Below are positions 1 through 11,690 of a stretch of DNA of 64,000 nt, one piece after another. Position 1 is the first letter of the stretch. The number at the start of each line of letters is the position of its first letter. The translations under genes were made by a program, and so were the position numbers. The stretch covers positions 31,248,001-31,312,000 of the forward strand of contig CP158635.1 of NCBI GenBank assembly GCA_050273025.1, given 5' to 3'. A model generated the notes under the pieces. It was not told the origin of the DNA and searched no databases. It was given only the letters and a program-made list of their open reading frames with translations. The stretch is from Cenococcum geophilum. Taxonomy: Eukaryota.

Positions 1-1482
1 ATTACCCCCCCCTTCTTAAGCGGCTGTTCTTAGCCGACGCTATTATACAATAGGAGTGCTATTATTGCCCTTCTCTAAATAAAAAGTTTTTAATAAATTT
101 AAGTAAATTAGATAATATAATAATAGGATAATAGGATAATAGGATAATATAATAATAGGATAATATAATAATAGGACCTTATAGAGATCTATAAGGGTAG
201 GAGTTCCCACCTAGGTAGGATATTAGATTTCCCTTCTAATTCTATTTCAATTTGTTTAGCCTACGGATTACCTTCTTTACAATTTCTAATTAACTATAAA
301 TCGCAAGCGTTAAGCTGCCGGCCCGCCTGTTAGTGAACCTTCTGTAAGTATTCTTTATACTAGCTTATAGCTATCGCTAACCCTACTAGGCGCCGTTAAA
401 GCTCCTATACCGCTTATAAGCCGCTCCCCTAGCCTTGCTAGAACTAATCTGCCTCCGCTATACCAAGCGTATAGCCACCGCTAGGCGGGCTACCTATAGT
501 AAGTAGGCTAACCATAATTATAGATACTACTAATAACTAAATAAGTTGTGCCAACTAGTAAGTCTAAGTACATTAATTTAGGTTTTAATAGCTAACAGAC
601 TAGGTCCCTAAGGCCTTTTATAGCCGCCTAAATAAGCTACTCGCCCTTATTAATAGGGCTAAGCGCTAGCGGGTTGTTAGCGGAGATATAGCTAACCTTA
701 ACGCTCGCGTTATTACCGTCTAGAAGTCCTTTATAAAGGATATTAAGGCCTTAGTACGCACCGGCGCTAAGTACGGTCTCCGCCAGCGCCTAAAGGGTAA
801 AGACTTTCCCCTACTCTAAGTACAGGAATTATAGGCCATCTATTATACCCTTAAAGGAATTCTTAATATAATACGCGCTTTAGTATATGTCGTAGCGTAG
901 GTATTTCGCCGTTATAACGTATGCTAATAGTACTTGTAGGCTAATATACCTCCTATTATAAGGGATAAGGAGGAGGATAAGGGGGAGGAGGATAAGGAGG
1001 AGGAGGAGGATAAGGAGGGAGAGGAGGAGGAAGAGGAAAGAGGGGAGGAAAGGGAGGATTTATTGGAGCTGTAGAGTATCTATATTTCTATTAGCGTACT
1101 ACTATCACTCCGCCGTCGTTCTGTTATCGCCCTACTAATAGGGCGTAATCCTAGTTCTAATTAAAAGTTTTTTATTCTCCTACCTACTTTCTTTTCTATT
1201 TACCCCTTAGGGTAAAGTAACTATTATATATCTCCTTTATGTCCTTATTAATGTCCTTTACTAGGACCTATTTATTATACTCTTCTAGCCAGCCTTTTTA
1301 CTTAACTAGGTACTATAGGGTCTAATTATATCCCTTTCTTCTACGTACTTCTTCTACCTTATATTAGTCCTCTTAGTCTTCTTAATCGTCTAGCTTAATA
1401 GGCCCTAATAGAGGGTCTCTAGTAGTGCCCTTACGTTATTTATATAGCTCTAGTAAGCTAATATAGAATACTAGGTAGATAT

Positions 1483-1621
1483 CCCTTCGCACGTTGGAGT
1501 CCTACACTTAGCGCCAAGCCTAGGAACATCGTGCCCAGCTGTACACACGGGCGCCCAATACGCGCCTCTTATTGGCCAGACCCTTATCGATACCGTAGGA
1601 CGCAAACCAACGTGCGAAGGG
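1483..1621. mobile_element. 139-bp MITE with 15-bp TIR CCCTTCGCACGTTGG and 2-bp TSD (AT)
   Basis: Perfect TIRs at 1483-1497 and 1607-1621. Removing the element plus one AT restores the host integrase frame (LPTSYYIYLVFYISLLE). Confidence 0.85.
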
Positions 1622-3772
1622 ATAGTAAGACGTAGGTAGATATAGCCGGTATACTTACTTTCCGACTAGTTCGGCTATACTAAAAGGTCCAATAAAGCGT
1701 GCTATAAGTTTCTTACTTGGCCTTTTTAGTTTAAGGTTCTTAGTTAATAGTAAAACTAAATCCCCTACTTTATATACCTGTAGTTAGTAATAATAATTAT
1801 AGTATTTTGCCTATGCCTCGGTAGCGTGTTCCTAGCGTTTCGCTAGCGCTCTACGTTTAAGGGATATCCTTTTAATCCTCTTAGAGGCGGCTAGAATAGA
1901 ACTACTGTCGTCTACCTTAACCTTATATTCTAGATATAGGTAAAACCTATAGTAGGTATAAAACGGGCTTATACCCATTATACTATATTTAGTATTATTA
2001 TAGGCAAATTCGGCTAGTAATAAGAGGCCTACCTAATTACTCTGCTTTTTATTACAGAATACACGGAGGTAATACTCTAAGGTTTAGTTCTAGCGTTCTA
2101 TTTACCCGTCCATTTATAGGTAAAAGGCTATACTTAGCCTACGTTTTATCTTTATAGCAAAGCATAGCTTTAACTAAAACTTACTAGTAAAGATACTGCC
2201 GCGATTAAATATAATCCCCCTAGGGGCTCCAAAACGGCGTACTACTTCGTTAAGAAAGAAATCCGCAAGTTCGGTTATAGTAATAGTTTTTACTATAGGC
2301 AGATATAAGGCCATCTTAGTATAGCGGTTAACTATTACGTATATTACGTTATATACCTTATCGCCTTATTTACTAGGCGGTAGGCCTATAATAAAGTCCA
2401 TTATAATCTCCTGCCACAGCTGTTTTAGGTAAGGCAGCGCTTAAAGCTCGCTATAAGGGCGATATTAAGGTGTACGTATACGTTAGTATATATTATAGGT
2501 AGAGATATAGTTCGTAACGTCTACATTTATACTAGGCCAGTAGTACTTACGCGAAAGTAGATCTAAAGTCTTTTTCTTACCAAAGTAGCCAGCTAGGGTA
2601 TTATTATAGTAGATCTGTAGGAGCTTTATATAAACTGCTAGGTCTAAAGGTATATATAACCTCCTGTGGTAATAAAGTAGTTTAGCGGAATTAAACTGGT
2701 ACACTAGCTTTAAGTAGGCGCGTTAACGGCGTCTCGCTATATCTACGCTGTTGCTGCGCTTTTATAGCATAAAGTTATCTTTAGTCTAAAGTCCTTTAAT
2801 AAGCTTAACGACTATTTCCGTACTAGACTTATAAGCACTCTCTTAAGTACTAGCTTCTCTAACTTAGGTTCTTATTATACGCTGCTTAATAGTATATATA
2901 TAGGTTGCCTAGTTAAACCGTAATACTATATAGCCTAGGCGTACCGCTGTTGGGTTGCTAGCTTATAGCCGTAAAAACGACACCTTTATAGAAGGCTCGC
3001 TTTCTTATACACCTAATAGGACTTTTACCTTAGGTTAGTGGTCCTATATTTCCAAAGTCCTTTAGAGCAGTAGTAGCATAGTATCTTCTTTTAGCGGACC
3101 CCCTACGCTTAGGGGTTACCTTAACAGCGCGTTTACGGGGTTTGTTTTTCCCGCTCTATACTTAATTATAAAGTTATAGGCAGCTAATACTATAGCCTAT
3201 CTAGCTTGCCGTTTATTAAGGGCTTTTACCTTTATAAAACCCTTTAGATTATTATAATCTATAAGCACTTCTAGGCGGCTTAATAGCCCCTTAATATAGT
3301 GTCTCTAATACTTAAAAGCCTCTACAATAGCTAGTAGCTCCTAATTATAGGTCTTATAATTACACTCTGCTAGTAAAAGCTTCCTAAACTAGAAGGCTAT
3401 TAGATGCTAAAGGCTATCTTTAAATAGCTATAATATAATTACTGCTAGGCCTTATATAGATACATTAGTCTTTAACCTAGTTGGTAAGCCTAGTATATAG
3501 TGTCGCAAAAGCGGCGCTATTATAAAGGCGTTATAGAGCTAGCGTATCGCCTACTTCGCCTCTTCTAGCTAACTAAAAGGCCTAGCTTTATAGCCGTTCT
3601 TTACTCCCTTAAGGAGATTAGTAATAGGATTTATAATAGTAAAGTACTTATAAATAAACCGGTGATAGAAGTTAGCAAAACCTATATCAGGAAAATGTTC
3701 ATGCCTTCTAACAGTACTGACAGGCTTCTAATAGCTCCTGTCAGGGCTGCCAGGATCTCCAGGAGACCCTTA

Positions 3773-4274
3773 CTCGTGCCACCTACTAGTAAGCAGCGCT
3801 TACTAGTGGTCCCGGGCTCAACGCAACATCCAAGCTTAATGCAAGCTGAATTTTGTATGAGAAATCCCTATTTTCGCACTTCTGCATCTTAACAACAACG
3901 CTATAATAATTTATTAAATATATATACTTCTTCTTTTTGTACTTAAATAAATATAAGGGAACCTAATTTTAATTTTAATTTTCTATTTTATAGTAGTTTT
4001 AGTATCTACTGGCCTTAAATAAGATACAATAATAAAAAATATAGAAATATAATAAATATTAGCTTTAAATAAGTTATATTATTAATTTTTAAAGGATTAT
4101 ATATAAGCCTTTAAATTCTTATATAATTTCCATAGAGTGTTATTAAGTTATTTAATATGGAAAAAGGCTAGTTTTGTATGAGACGCCATACAAATACAAA
4201 AGTTGCATTGAGCTTGGATGTTGCATTGAGCCCGGGACCACTAGTAAGCGCTGCTTACTAGTGGGTGGAACGAG
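3773..4274. mobile_element. MITE with about 72-bp TIRs and TA TSD (Tc1/mariner-type)
   Basis: Left end CTCGTGCCACCTACTAGTAAGCAGCGCTTACTAGTGGTCCCGGGCTC matches the inverted right end. TA at 3771-72 and 4275-76. Confidence 0.9.
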
Positions 4275-5717
4275 TACACTCGGTTTCCTATCAGGAGCCT
4301 ATTAGGAGGCCGCCCGGACCAAACGGACCATTAGGACAATTAGGACAATTAGGACAGTTAGGACAATTAGAATAATTAAAATAATTAAAACTCTAGATTT
4401 TAAAATAAGGTATATTAATACTCCAGTATTTATAGCAGTTAAAATATATAATTTAGGTTAATTTTAGGCCCTATTCTATATACACGATGCTTTAAGCAAT
4501 TTAAATAATCCAAATCGATCCTTCCTACCTACCACCTATGTCTATGTCTGTGTTTGTGTCTACTCGGGCGTTAAGCGATTAATTGAGGAGACGAGGGGTA
4601 AGGCTCTTACAGAGGCTCCAAACTGTCGATTGGCGGTGTTCCTGATAATCCGCCGGCCGTGTACTGATTTCCTAACTAGGCCTAGTGCCTGCCTGCCTGC
4701 TTGTCCTGCCTGTCCTACCTGTCTGATCGTCCTACCTGTCTGTGCCTACCTGTCTATACCTACCTATCTGTGCCTGTTGTGCCTACTTGTTTATGCCTAC
4801 CTGTCTGTATCTGTAATTCGGGGGAGAGGTTGGCCCGATCGAAGGCTCTGCTTAATTTGATTGCGATTGATTGTATTAATTCGAATCATTCTCTATGGGC
4901 GTTCGCTGGCTGGTGTGCCTCCCTAAGAGGCCTTGATTTGATTTGATTCGGTAACGGGATAATATCGAGGCTCTAGTTTAATTCGATCGATCGATTGAAT
5001 TAATCGTGGTGTTCGCCGGCTAGTCGTTTATGGTGGTTTGCAAAAGTGCTGCGAAAATCAAATTAAGCGAGCCACGCGCACACAACATCGACTTTTGGTG
5101 AGTTCGCCATACAAATCGTATGCCTGCCACGCCTACACGTATTATTTTTACTTCTAAAATAGTGAGGTTTTATATTTATATTATATCATCTATCTAGGTT
5201 AATTTTTAAGTGTTATAGGCGCCATAGTAGCCCACAAGAGCCTCCAGAAACAAGCCGCCAGTTAATCTACACAAGGTTCTCAACCAATCAAACGGAATAC
5301 TATTATTCAACCCAAGACCCCTGTTCACGTAGGCCTGCGTACAGTTCTAGCGCGCTACCTACCTCCGCAGCCTAGTTCTAACAAGGACATTAAGGAGGAG
5401 GAGGAGGAGGAGGAGGAGGAGGCGGCGGAGGAAGAGGAGGAGTCAGATAAGGACTTAGATGAGAAAGACGATAAGGATAAGGGTGCAGAGCTAGTTAATC
5501 TAACTATTAAGCGGGAGCCTCGTGAGCCTCCGGAGGAAGAGGATGGCTTTTAAATAGCTAGTAGGCGTCTAACTAGAGGGACTATAAAAGCTCTTGCAGC
5601 TGCCAGAGTCGCCCAATCTACTAAGGCCACTGAAGCCTCCAAGTTAAATCGGCGTACTTAGAAGCCTACTAGGCGTTCAAGCCAGAATAGTGCGAATTAA
5701 AAGTCGATATCTAGGAA

Positions 5718-7988
5718 TGTTGGGAATAAGGCAAGCGGTCGTCACGTGTCATTACGTGTCGCCGCGGCACTACCATAGCGAGGAACCTAAGGTTCCTCGC
5801 CCTCCCCCTTTCTTTACAAGAAACAAGAACAACAATCATCATACTATCTACGAACCGTAGCTACGTGATATCCCCTTGTAAGTCCAACACTGATCAGTGG
5901 TTAACTTCACTGTTATACCACAGAACAGCTAGGTTTTCACCAAGAAGAGACGAGCCACTATACCAGTGCTACTCGTGCTAAGGGAAGCTGTCTTTTAAGG
6001 TCAGAACTGGTCCTAAACCTTAAATAGAACTCTTCCACGAATCCAAGGATCTAAAGGCCAGAACTGGTCCTAAGCCTTCCCCAGATTACAGATTCTTGCG
6101 TCCATTACGCAGAACAACACGCTTTACGAGTCTTCGCGATTTAAGGCCAGAACTGGTCCTAAGCCCCATAATCGCAAATACACGTCCAAACGCGTACCAA
6201 ACCACGAACGCGTACTAAACGACAAGTACACATCGCAAACGCGTACCAAACGACAATTCCTACAACCCTATAATCTCTATTACGACACCTAATAATATAG
6301 CCGTAAGCCGAAAATATGGCCACAGTCACGTCAAACAACTGGAAAGACTCCTTACCACTAGGGGTAGCTACGTACGCGAAACTCATCAACGAAAATTGGG
6401 ATAAATTTACCATCAATACAGCAACTTGTACCGCAAAACAAGTTAACGGCTTTCTCCTACACCGTATTCTATTTTACCAAAGTAGATACTACGCCGATTT
6501 ACAGCTATGGGAATATTTTAGGGAGGATTTTATAGGATGGACTGCCGACACCTGGGCACTTGGCAATATTTATATTATTTAGGATTTTCGAGACTTCCTA
6601 CGGGAGAATAGAGTGTTTATACCTATAAACGGGGGCACTATTAGAGACAATATTCAGCAAGTCCTTAACGCAGAAGAAGAGCATAAATGGACTCCACAAG
6701 AGATTGAGCACCAAAAGAAGTTTAACTCTCAAGGGAATCCTAATAACGGACAGCCACAAGCAACACTACAGACAACCTTAGGCTATCAAACACCTCAAGT
6801 TCCTCAGGCTACCGTATCTTAACCCGTGCCTCAAGCTTCGCAACAAGCTCCGCAACAAGCTCCGAAGCAACCTCCGCAGCAATATCCGCAGCAATCTCCG
6901 CAGCAATCTCTGCAACAACCTCCATCTTTAGTTCCGCAGCCATCGCTTCCACCTCCGTCTTCAGTTCCCCAGTATCCACCTCTGTCTTTAGTTCTATATC
7001 CATCACAGCAGCCTCCGCAGCAATCTCCGCAGCAACCTCCGCAGCAATCTCCGCAGCAACCTCCGCAACAACCCAGATCTACGTTACCACCGCAAGATCA
7101 GGAGAAGTTTAGCAGGGAATTAGAATACGGCAGAGGGTACGATCAATATCGGCTACAAAGCACTAATGGAGGTTCTCGTGGAGACCCTTATAGAGGTTCT
7201 CGTAGAGACCCTTATAGAGGTTCTCGTGGAGGTCCTCGTGGAGGTCCTCGTGGAGGTCCTGGTAGAGGTCCTGGTAGAGGTCCTCATAGAGGTCCTCGTA
7301 GAGGTCCTCGTGGAGGTCCTCGCAGAGGTCCTTGTGGAGGTCCTCATAGAGGTCCTCATGGAGGTCCTCGCGGAGGTTCTCGTAGAGCATCAAGAACTCT
7401 TTGGGATTCGATAGATTAGTGGCCAAGACAACCCGGCAGATGCGATAACAAAGGCAATTCAAGAGCATTCCTATTGGTCAACTATCGTTCCCATTTGCTC
7501 GAGCTAGCCGTATCCAGTTACGCTCCGCTAGCTCCGCAACCCTATTTTAACGACACAGTTTCCTAGGGCGTACTACCTGCCAAATTCCTACCATACTCTG
7601 CCGACCCTAACTTCTGCCAGCCAATCAGGATTTTCCATGCCCGGCATGGAAAATCGCTATTAGCTCGCTTACTACTAGCGCCTTAGCAACTCCCTTTGTA
7701 TTCTCGTTAAACCTAACATCCTTTTTTTATCTTCTTCTTTTCCTTAGCTTTGTATCTTTGTATAGTGGCAATCTATAAGTGTATATAGATGGTAACCATA
7801 AAAGAAGAGTTGCCAGTGTTGGGAATAAGGCAAGCGGTCGTCACGTGTCATTACGTGTCGCCGCGGCACTACCGTAGCGAGGAACCTAAGGTTCCTCGCC
7901 CTCCCCCTTTCTTTACAAGAAACAAGAACAATAATCATCATACTATCTACGAACCGTAGCTACGTGATATCCCCTTGTGAGTCCAACA
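5718..7988 (+). mobile_element. Non-autonomous Copia-derived LTR element (2271 bp), gag only
   Basis: 172-bp LTRs at 5718-5889 and 7817-7988 differ by 3 transitions. TSD AGGAA. CTGATCAGT follows the 5' LTR. PPT AAAAGAAGAGTTGCCAG is shared with the Copia at 25525. Confidence 0.95.
6316..7419 (+). pseudogene. Mini-Gag ORF (367 codons, two RIP-type stops): Gag N-terminus, PQ repeats, RGG/GGPR repeats
   Basis: ORFs 6316-6582, 6613-6822 and 6826-7419 share one frame. They are homologous to the gag of the 25525 Copia (EDFIGW, FIPINGGTIRDNIQ, EEHKWTPQEIEHQ). Confidence 0.8.
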
Positions 7989-9409
7989 AGGAAGAAGCCC
8001 ACTAAAGCTACCCCGCTAAGACGTAAAAATACACCCAATTAAGTTATTAGCATAGATTTAAGCTTACCAACTCCCTCGGAGCCCGATATAGTATGGATAT
8101 ACTATATGGCAATTTAGAAAGCTCGCGCAGCAGAGGTAGATCTTGGTTCAACTTTCGCACAGCATATTGTTGGTGGAGAGCTTCTTACTAAAATCGACTC
8201 TTGGGTTAATGAAGTTAAAGCTAATTATCCAAACAGATCCTTTAAGGATAAGTACTCTATTAGGGCGGCCGCTTCTTATAATCGTATAATAGCTCGCGAT
8301 ATTGTCCCGCAAGATATCTACACTAAAGTACACGTCTACGAGCTTAATAAAATTATAAGGACCTGGCATACAAACAAGAAGAAAGGACTACGCATGGAAG
8401 TAGTAATTATACTAACTGAGACACCTCCATCTGCTCCGGAATATTCCAGTATTACCTTACCGGCTAGTATGTAGATAAGCGCACATCTGTTAAATATTCT
8501 CGACCTAGGTGTATCTAATATACCTAAGAAGAAGGGCAATATAAGTGCAACTGTTGCCCAACGTCTTGCCCTACCTAAAAGCATCTTAGTAGAAGTTCTT
8601 TTAGGTAATCTGGCTCCTTTGGTGGCCTTCCGGTGGCCTTATAACGTAAAAATATGCACCAATAGCGGGGGGACCTGCTGGGTAAATGGGAACCTAGAGC
8701 TTCCTCGTTTTTACTACCCAGTTAATCACCTTATAATAAGGGCATGGGGTAATTAAATTAAGGATGGCAAAGCTACTGAGGAGGAACCTCCTGCTACTAT
8801 TGCCGTCCGTTTTTTAGTTAAGAATAGAGCTGCGGGGGGGGTAGGGAGGGGGGGCAGGTGGCGGGCGCACGGGCCCGAAGGATATTTTTAATTAGGAGTT
8901 AATAATTATGGCTATTATCCCACCCAAGGCCAATATGCCCCCCCCCCTATAGGACCCCCCTCTAACTACTATACCAACACCGGAGGACAACAGAACTTAT
9001 TTTAACCACCTCAGCAACTACCTTAACCACCTCCGGTAGCTCCGGCTTTAATAGCTACCCCCCCTGCACCACCGCTAGCGTCACCAACTAGTCCTATTAC
9101 TAGCGACTCCAATTCTAAGGAAAGGCTTCGCGAATTCTTTAACTAGGTAAGAAAACGGCCTAGCTAGATAACACCAAAGCTTCAAACTGAGCTTAAATTT
9201 ATTCTTAATATACTTATTAAGAACTTCTATGACTTAAAGGCCTTGCGTATAGGGATAAGTGCGTAGGTATAGGAGGAGAAGTTAGGCCTCGCAGCAGGCC
9301 TCCTACTACAACTAAGGCGTAAGCTTAAGACGTTTCGAGCAATACAAAAGGGACAGTAAGTTATTAATTTCTATATACCCAGTACTAAATTATAAAAAAT
9401 TGCGTCCCT

Positions 9410-10479
9410 AACTAGTTCTCTACTAGGTAGCCAGCCCGCCGAAAGTGTCCTTCTACTAAGCGACGTAATCCTATGCACTGTACACCAAACTGCAGAAATA
9501 CACCAAAGCTTTAATAGTCCTTAATTGCATCAAAGTTTAATCAAATCCACGCCTTTAGATCGTGAAAAGAATGTTCAATTGGGTTAAACTCTGGGCAATA
9601 AGGAGGAAGATACTTAATATAGATTTGGGCGGCCGTACAGAGGTTTATAAATTCCTACATCTACTAGTTAGAATATATAGCCCTACTATATACGCAATCA
9701 CTTTCTTACCTGGCTTTTATATATTGAAGCGTTATTTAATACTAAGATTGTATAGCCAGGAATACAATGTGGTAGAACTGTAGATTTAATCCAGGCGTTA
9801 AATATTTTAGTAGTAATTAAGCCCTGCCAGACAAGAGCCCCAGGGAGGTAGCCGTTAATTGTATAGGCAGGAAAAATACTCCAACGTTCTAATCACTTAA
9901 TTGGTGCAGTATCAATCATAGGAATGTTCATAGGGCTCTAGCCAAACTTCCTATACCCAGTCCTCTCATTGGCGCCTGATTCGTCAATAAATATAAGGCG
10001 ATTAACGTCCCATATATATTGGCGTCCTTTCCATGCAGCACGTAGGTCCTCGGAGCGCTCCTGCGCTCTCCTTTATACGACCTTTCTACTCCACCTATTA
10101 CGTCGGAGAGTTCGCCAAATTAATAAGAAGGATACTATAATGTCACAATCGTCCCATAGAAACCAGGCCATTTCGTCAAGGAAGGCAGTTGGGCGGTCCT
10201 CTAGGTAGGCAATAAGGGCCTATATAAAATATTAGTATACTTAACACTATAATATTATATATCACGAACTTTCTCATGTGCCTTATCTATAGCTCTCGGC
10301 CGCCCAATCTTAAGATTATAGGGGGGGTATGCCTCCCCATAGAGGTCAAGATTAAGCTGAATTCTGTATATAGTTGAAAGGTGTAACTTTATAGCTGCTG
10401 CAATACACTTAATAGACCAATCAAATAGAAAAGCTACCAGAATTTGATGAAGCTGCCATTGAGGGATTCGTTTCGACAT
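9410..10479 (-). pseudogene. IS630/Tc1 DDE transposase, RIP-damaged, probably with two introns
   Basis: N-terminal HTH MSKRIPQWQLHQ...GRPRAID, then LIFIDESG, LVLNNAS(I) and YLPPYCPEFNPIEHSF motifs. Confidence 0.88.
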
Positions 10480-10679
10480 AAAAGGCAAATGTAAGTGTAT
10501 CAGGCGTGGCAGGCATACGATTTGTATGGCGAACTCACCAAAAGTCGATGTTGTGTGCGCGTGGCTCGCTTAATTTGATTTTCGCAGCACTTTTGCAAAC
10601 CACCATAAACGATTATCGTCTAGCTCTGGCGACGGTCGTTTAGTTCTGGCGACGGTCTCTAGTTCTGGCGACGGTCCTC

Positions 10680-10764
10680 TCCTACCTGCCTACCTACCTG
10701 CCTACCTGCCTACCTACCTGCCTACCTACTTACCTATCTGCCTACCTACCTACCTACCTACCTA

Positions 10765-10800
<36 letters not shown>

Positions 10801-10801
10801 C
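10680..10801. repeat. (CCTR)n tetranucleotide microsatellite, within a 350-400 bp unit that is also present at about 4685-5030
   Basis: CCTA/CCTG run. The downstream GAAGGCTCTG...GAGGCCTTGATT...GCTCTAGTTTAATTCGATCGAT segment occurs at both loci. Confidence 0.85.
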
Positions 10802-11239
10802 GTCAGTGTTTGGTTTAATTTGGGGGAGGAGTCGGCCTGATTGAAGGCTCTGATTGATTCGAATCGTTCTCTATAGCCGTTCGCTGGCTATATATTCGAA
10901 CGGTAGTCGGCTAGGGTGCCTCCCTAGGAGGCCTTGATTCGATTCGGGACGGGCCGATATTAAAGCTCTAGTTTAATTCGATCGATTAATTAAATCGTTT
11001 ATAGTGTTTGCTGGCTGGTCGTTTAAACGGTTGTCTGGCTCTAGGACGGTCATCTTATTCTAGCAACGGTCGTCTAGTTCTAGCGACGGTCCTCTGCTGG
11101 CTGCCGTTCTAGTCCCTCCTAAGGTAGGGAGGATGTAAGGAAGGGTAAAAAATAAGGTGGCTACTAAGGGGTAACTTGGCAGAGGCATGTATAGGCTATT
11201 AGGAATATAGCGGGGACCTGATAGTAATGTGTGTTATAC

Positions 11240-11690
11240 GGAGCTTCGTGTAGAGCCTCTATACGCAGAGCTTCGCGCAGAGCCTCGTGCAGAGCCTTTA
11301 TACGTAGAGCTTCGTGTAGAGCTTTGTATAGAGCTTTGCGCAGAGCTTCGTGTAGAGCTTTATATAGAGCTTCGTGCAGAAGCTTATGCAGAGCCTCTAT
11401 ACGCAGAGCTTCGTATAGAGTCTCGTGTAGAGCCTTATGCAAAGCTTTGTGCAGAGCTTCGTTTAGAGCTTCGTGTAGAGCTTCGTGTAGAGCGTTGTGT
11501 AGAGCTTCGTGCAGAGCCCCGTGCAGAGCTTCGTGCAGAGCTTCGTGCAGAGCTTCGTGTAGAGCTTCGTGCAGAGCTTCGTGTAGAGCTTCGTGCAGAG
11601 CTTCGTGTAGAGCTTCGTGCAGAACTTCGTGTAGAGCTTCGTGTAGAGCTTCGTGTAGAGCTTCGTGCAGAGCCTCGTGTAGAGCCTTAG
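11240..11690. repeat. 12-bp minisatellite AGAGCTTCGTG(T/C)
   Basis: Direct tandem copies, most regular at 11455-11690. Confidence 0.95.

Larger units (their letters stand above)
5224..9359 (+). pseudogene. Second (accessory) ORF of the Tc1/IS630 element, RIP-damaged and interrupted by an LTR element; function unknown
   Basis: The frame continues across the LTR insertion (KSISR|KKPTKA). It has a poly-Glu tract at about 5395-5440, a Cys motif (RWPYNVKICTNSGGTCWVNG) at about 8630-8690, a Pro-rich linker and a stop at 9357-9359. The start is approximate. Confidence 0.6.
5031..10605 (-). mobile_element. Tc1/IS630-type DNA transposon (about 3.3 kb net) with about 104-bp TIRs and two convergent ORFs
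   Basis: TIRs at 5031-5134 and 10502-10605 (TGGTGGTTTGCAAAAGTGCTGCG...). TA TSD at 5029-30 and 10606-07. An empty-site paralog GTCGTTTAAACGG lies at about 11018-11030. Confidence 0.92.

Noticed and set aside
6809..7468. Antisense and alternative-frame ORFs (RTST, EDLH, VEVL repeats)
   Set aside because: They are shadows of the 12-bp repeats in the mini-Gag frame.
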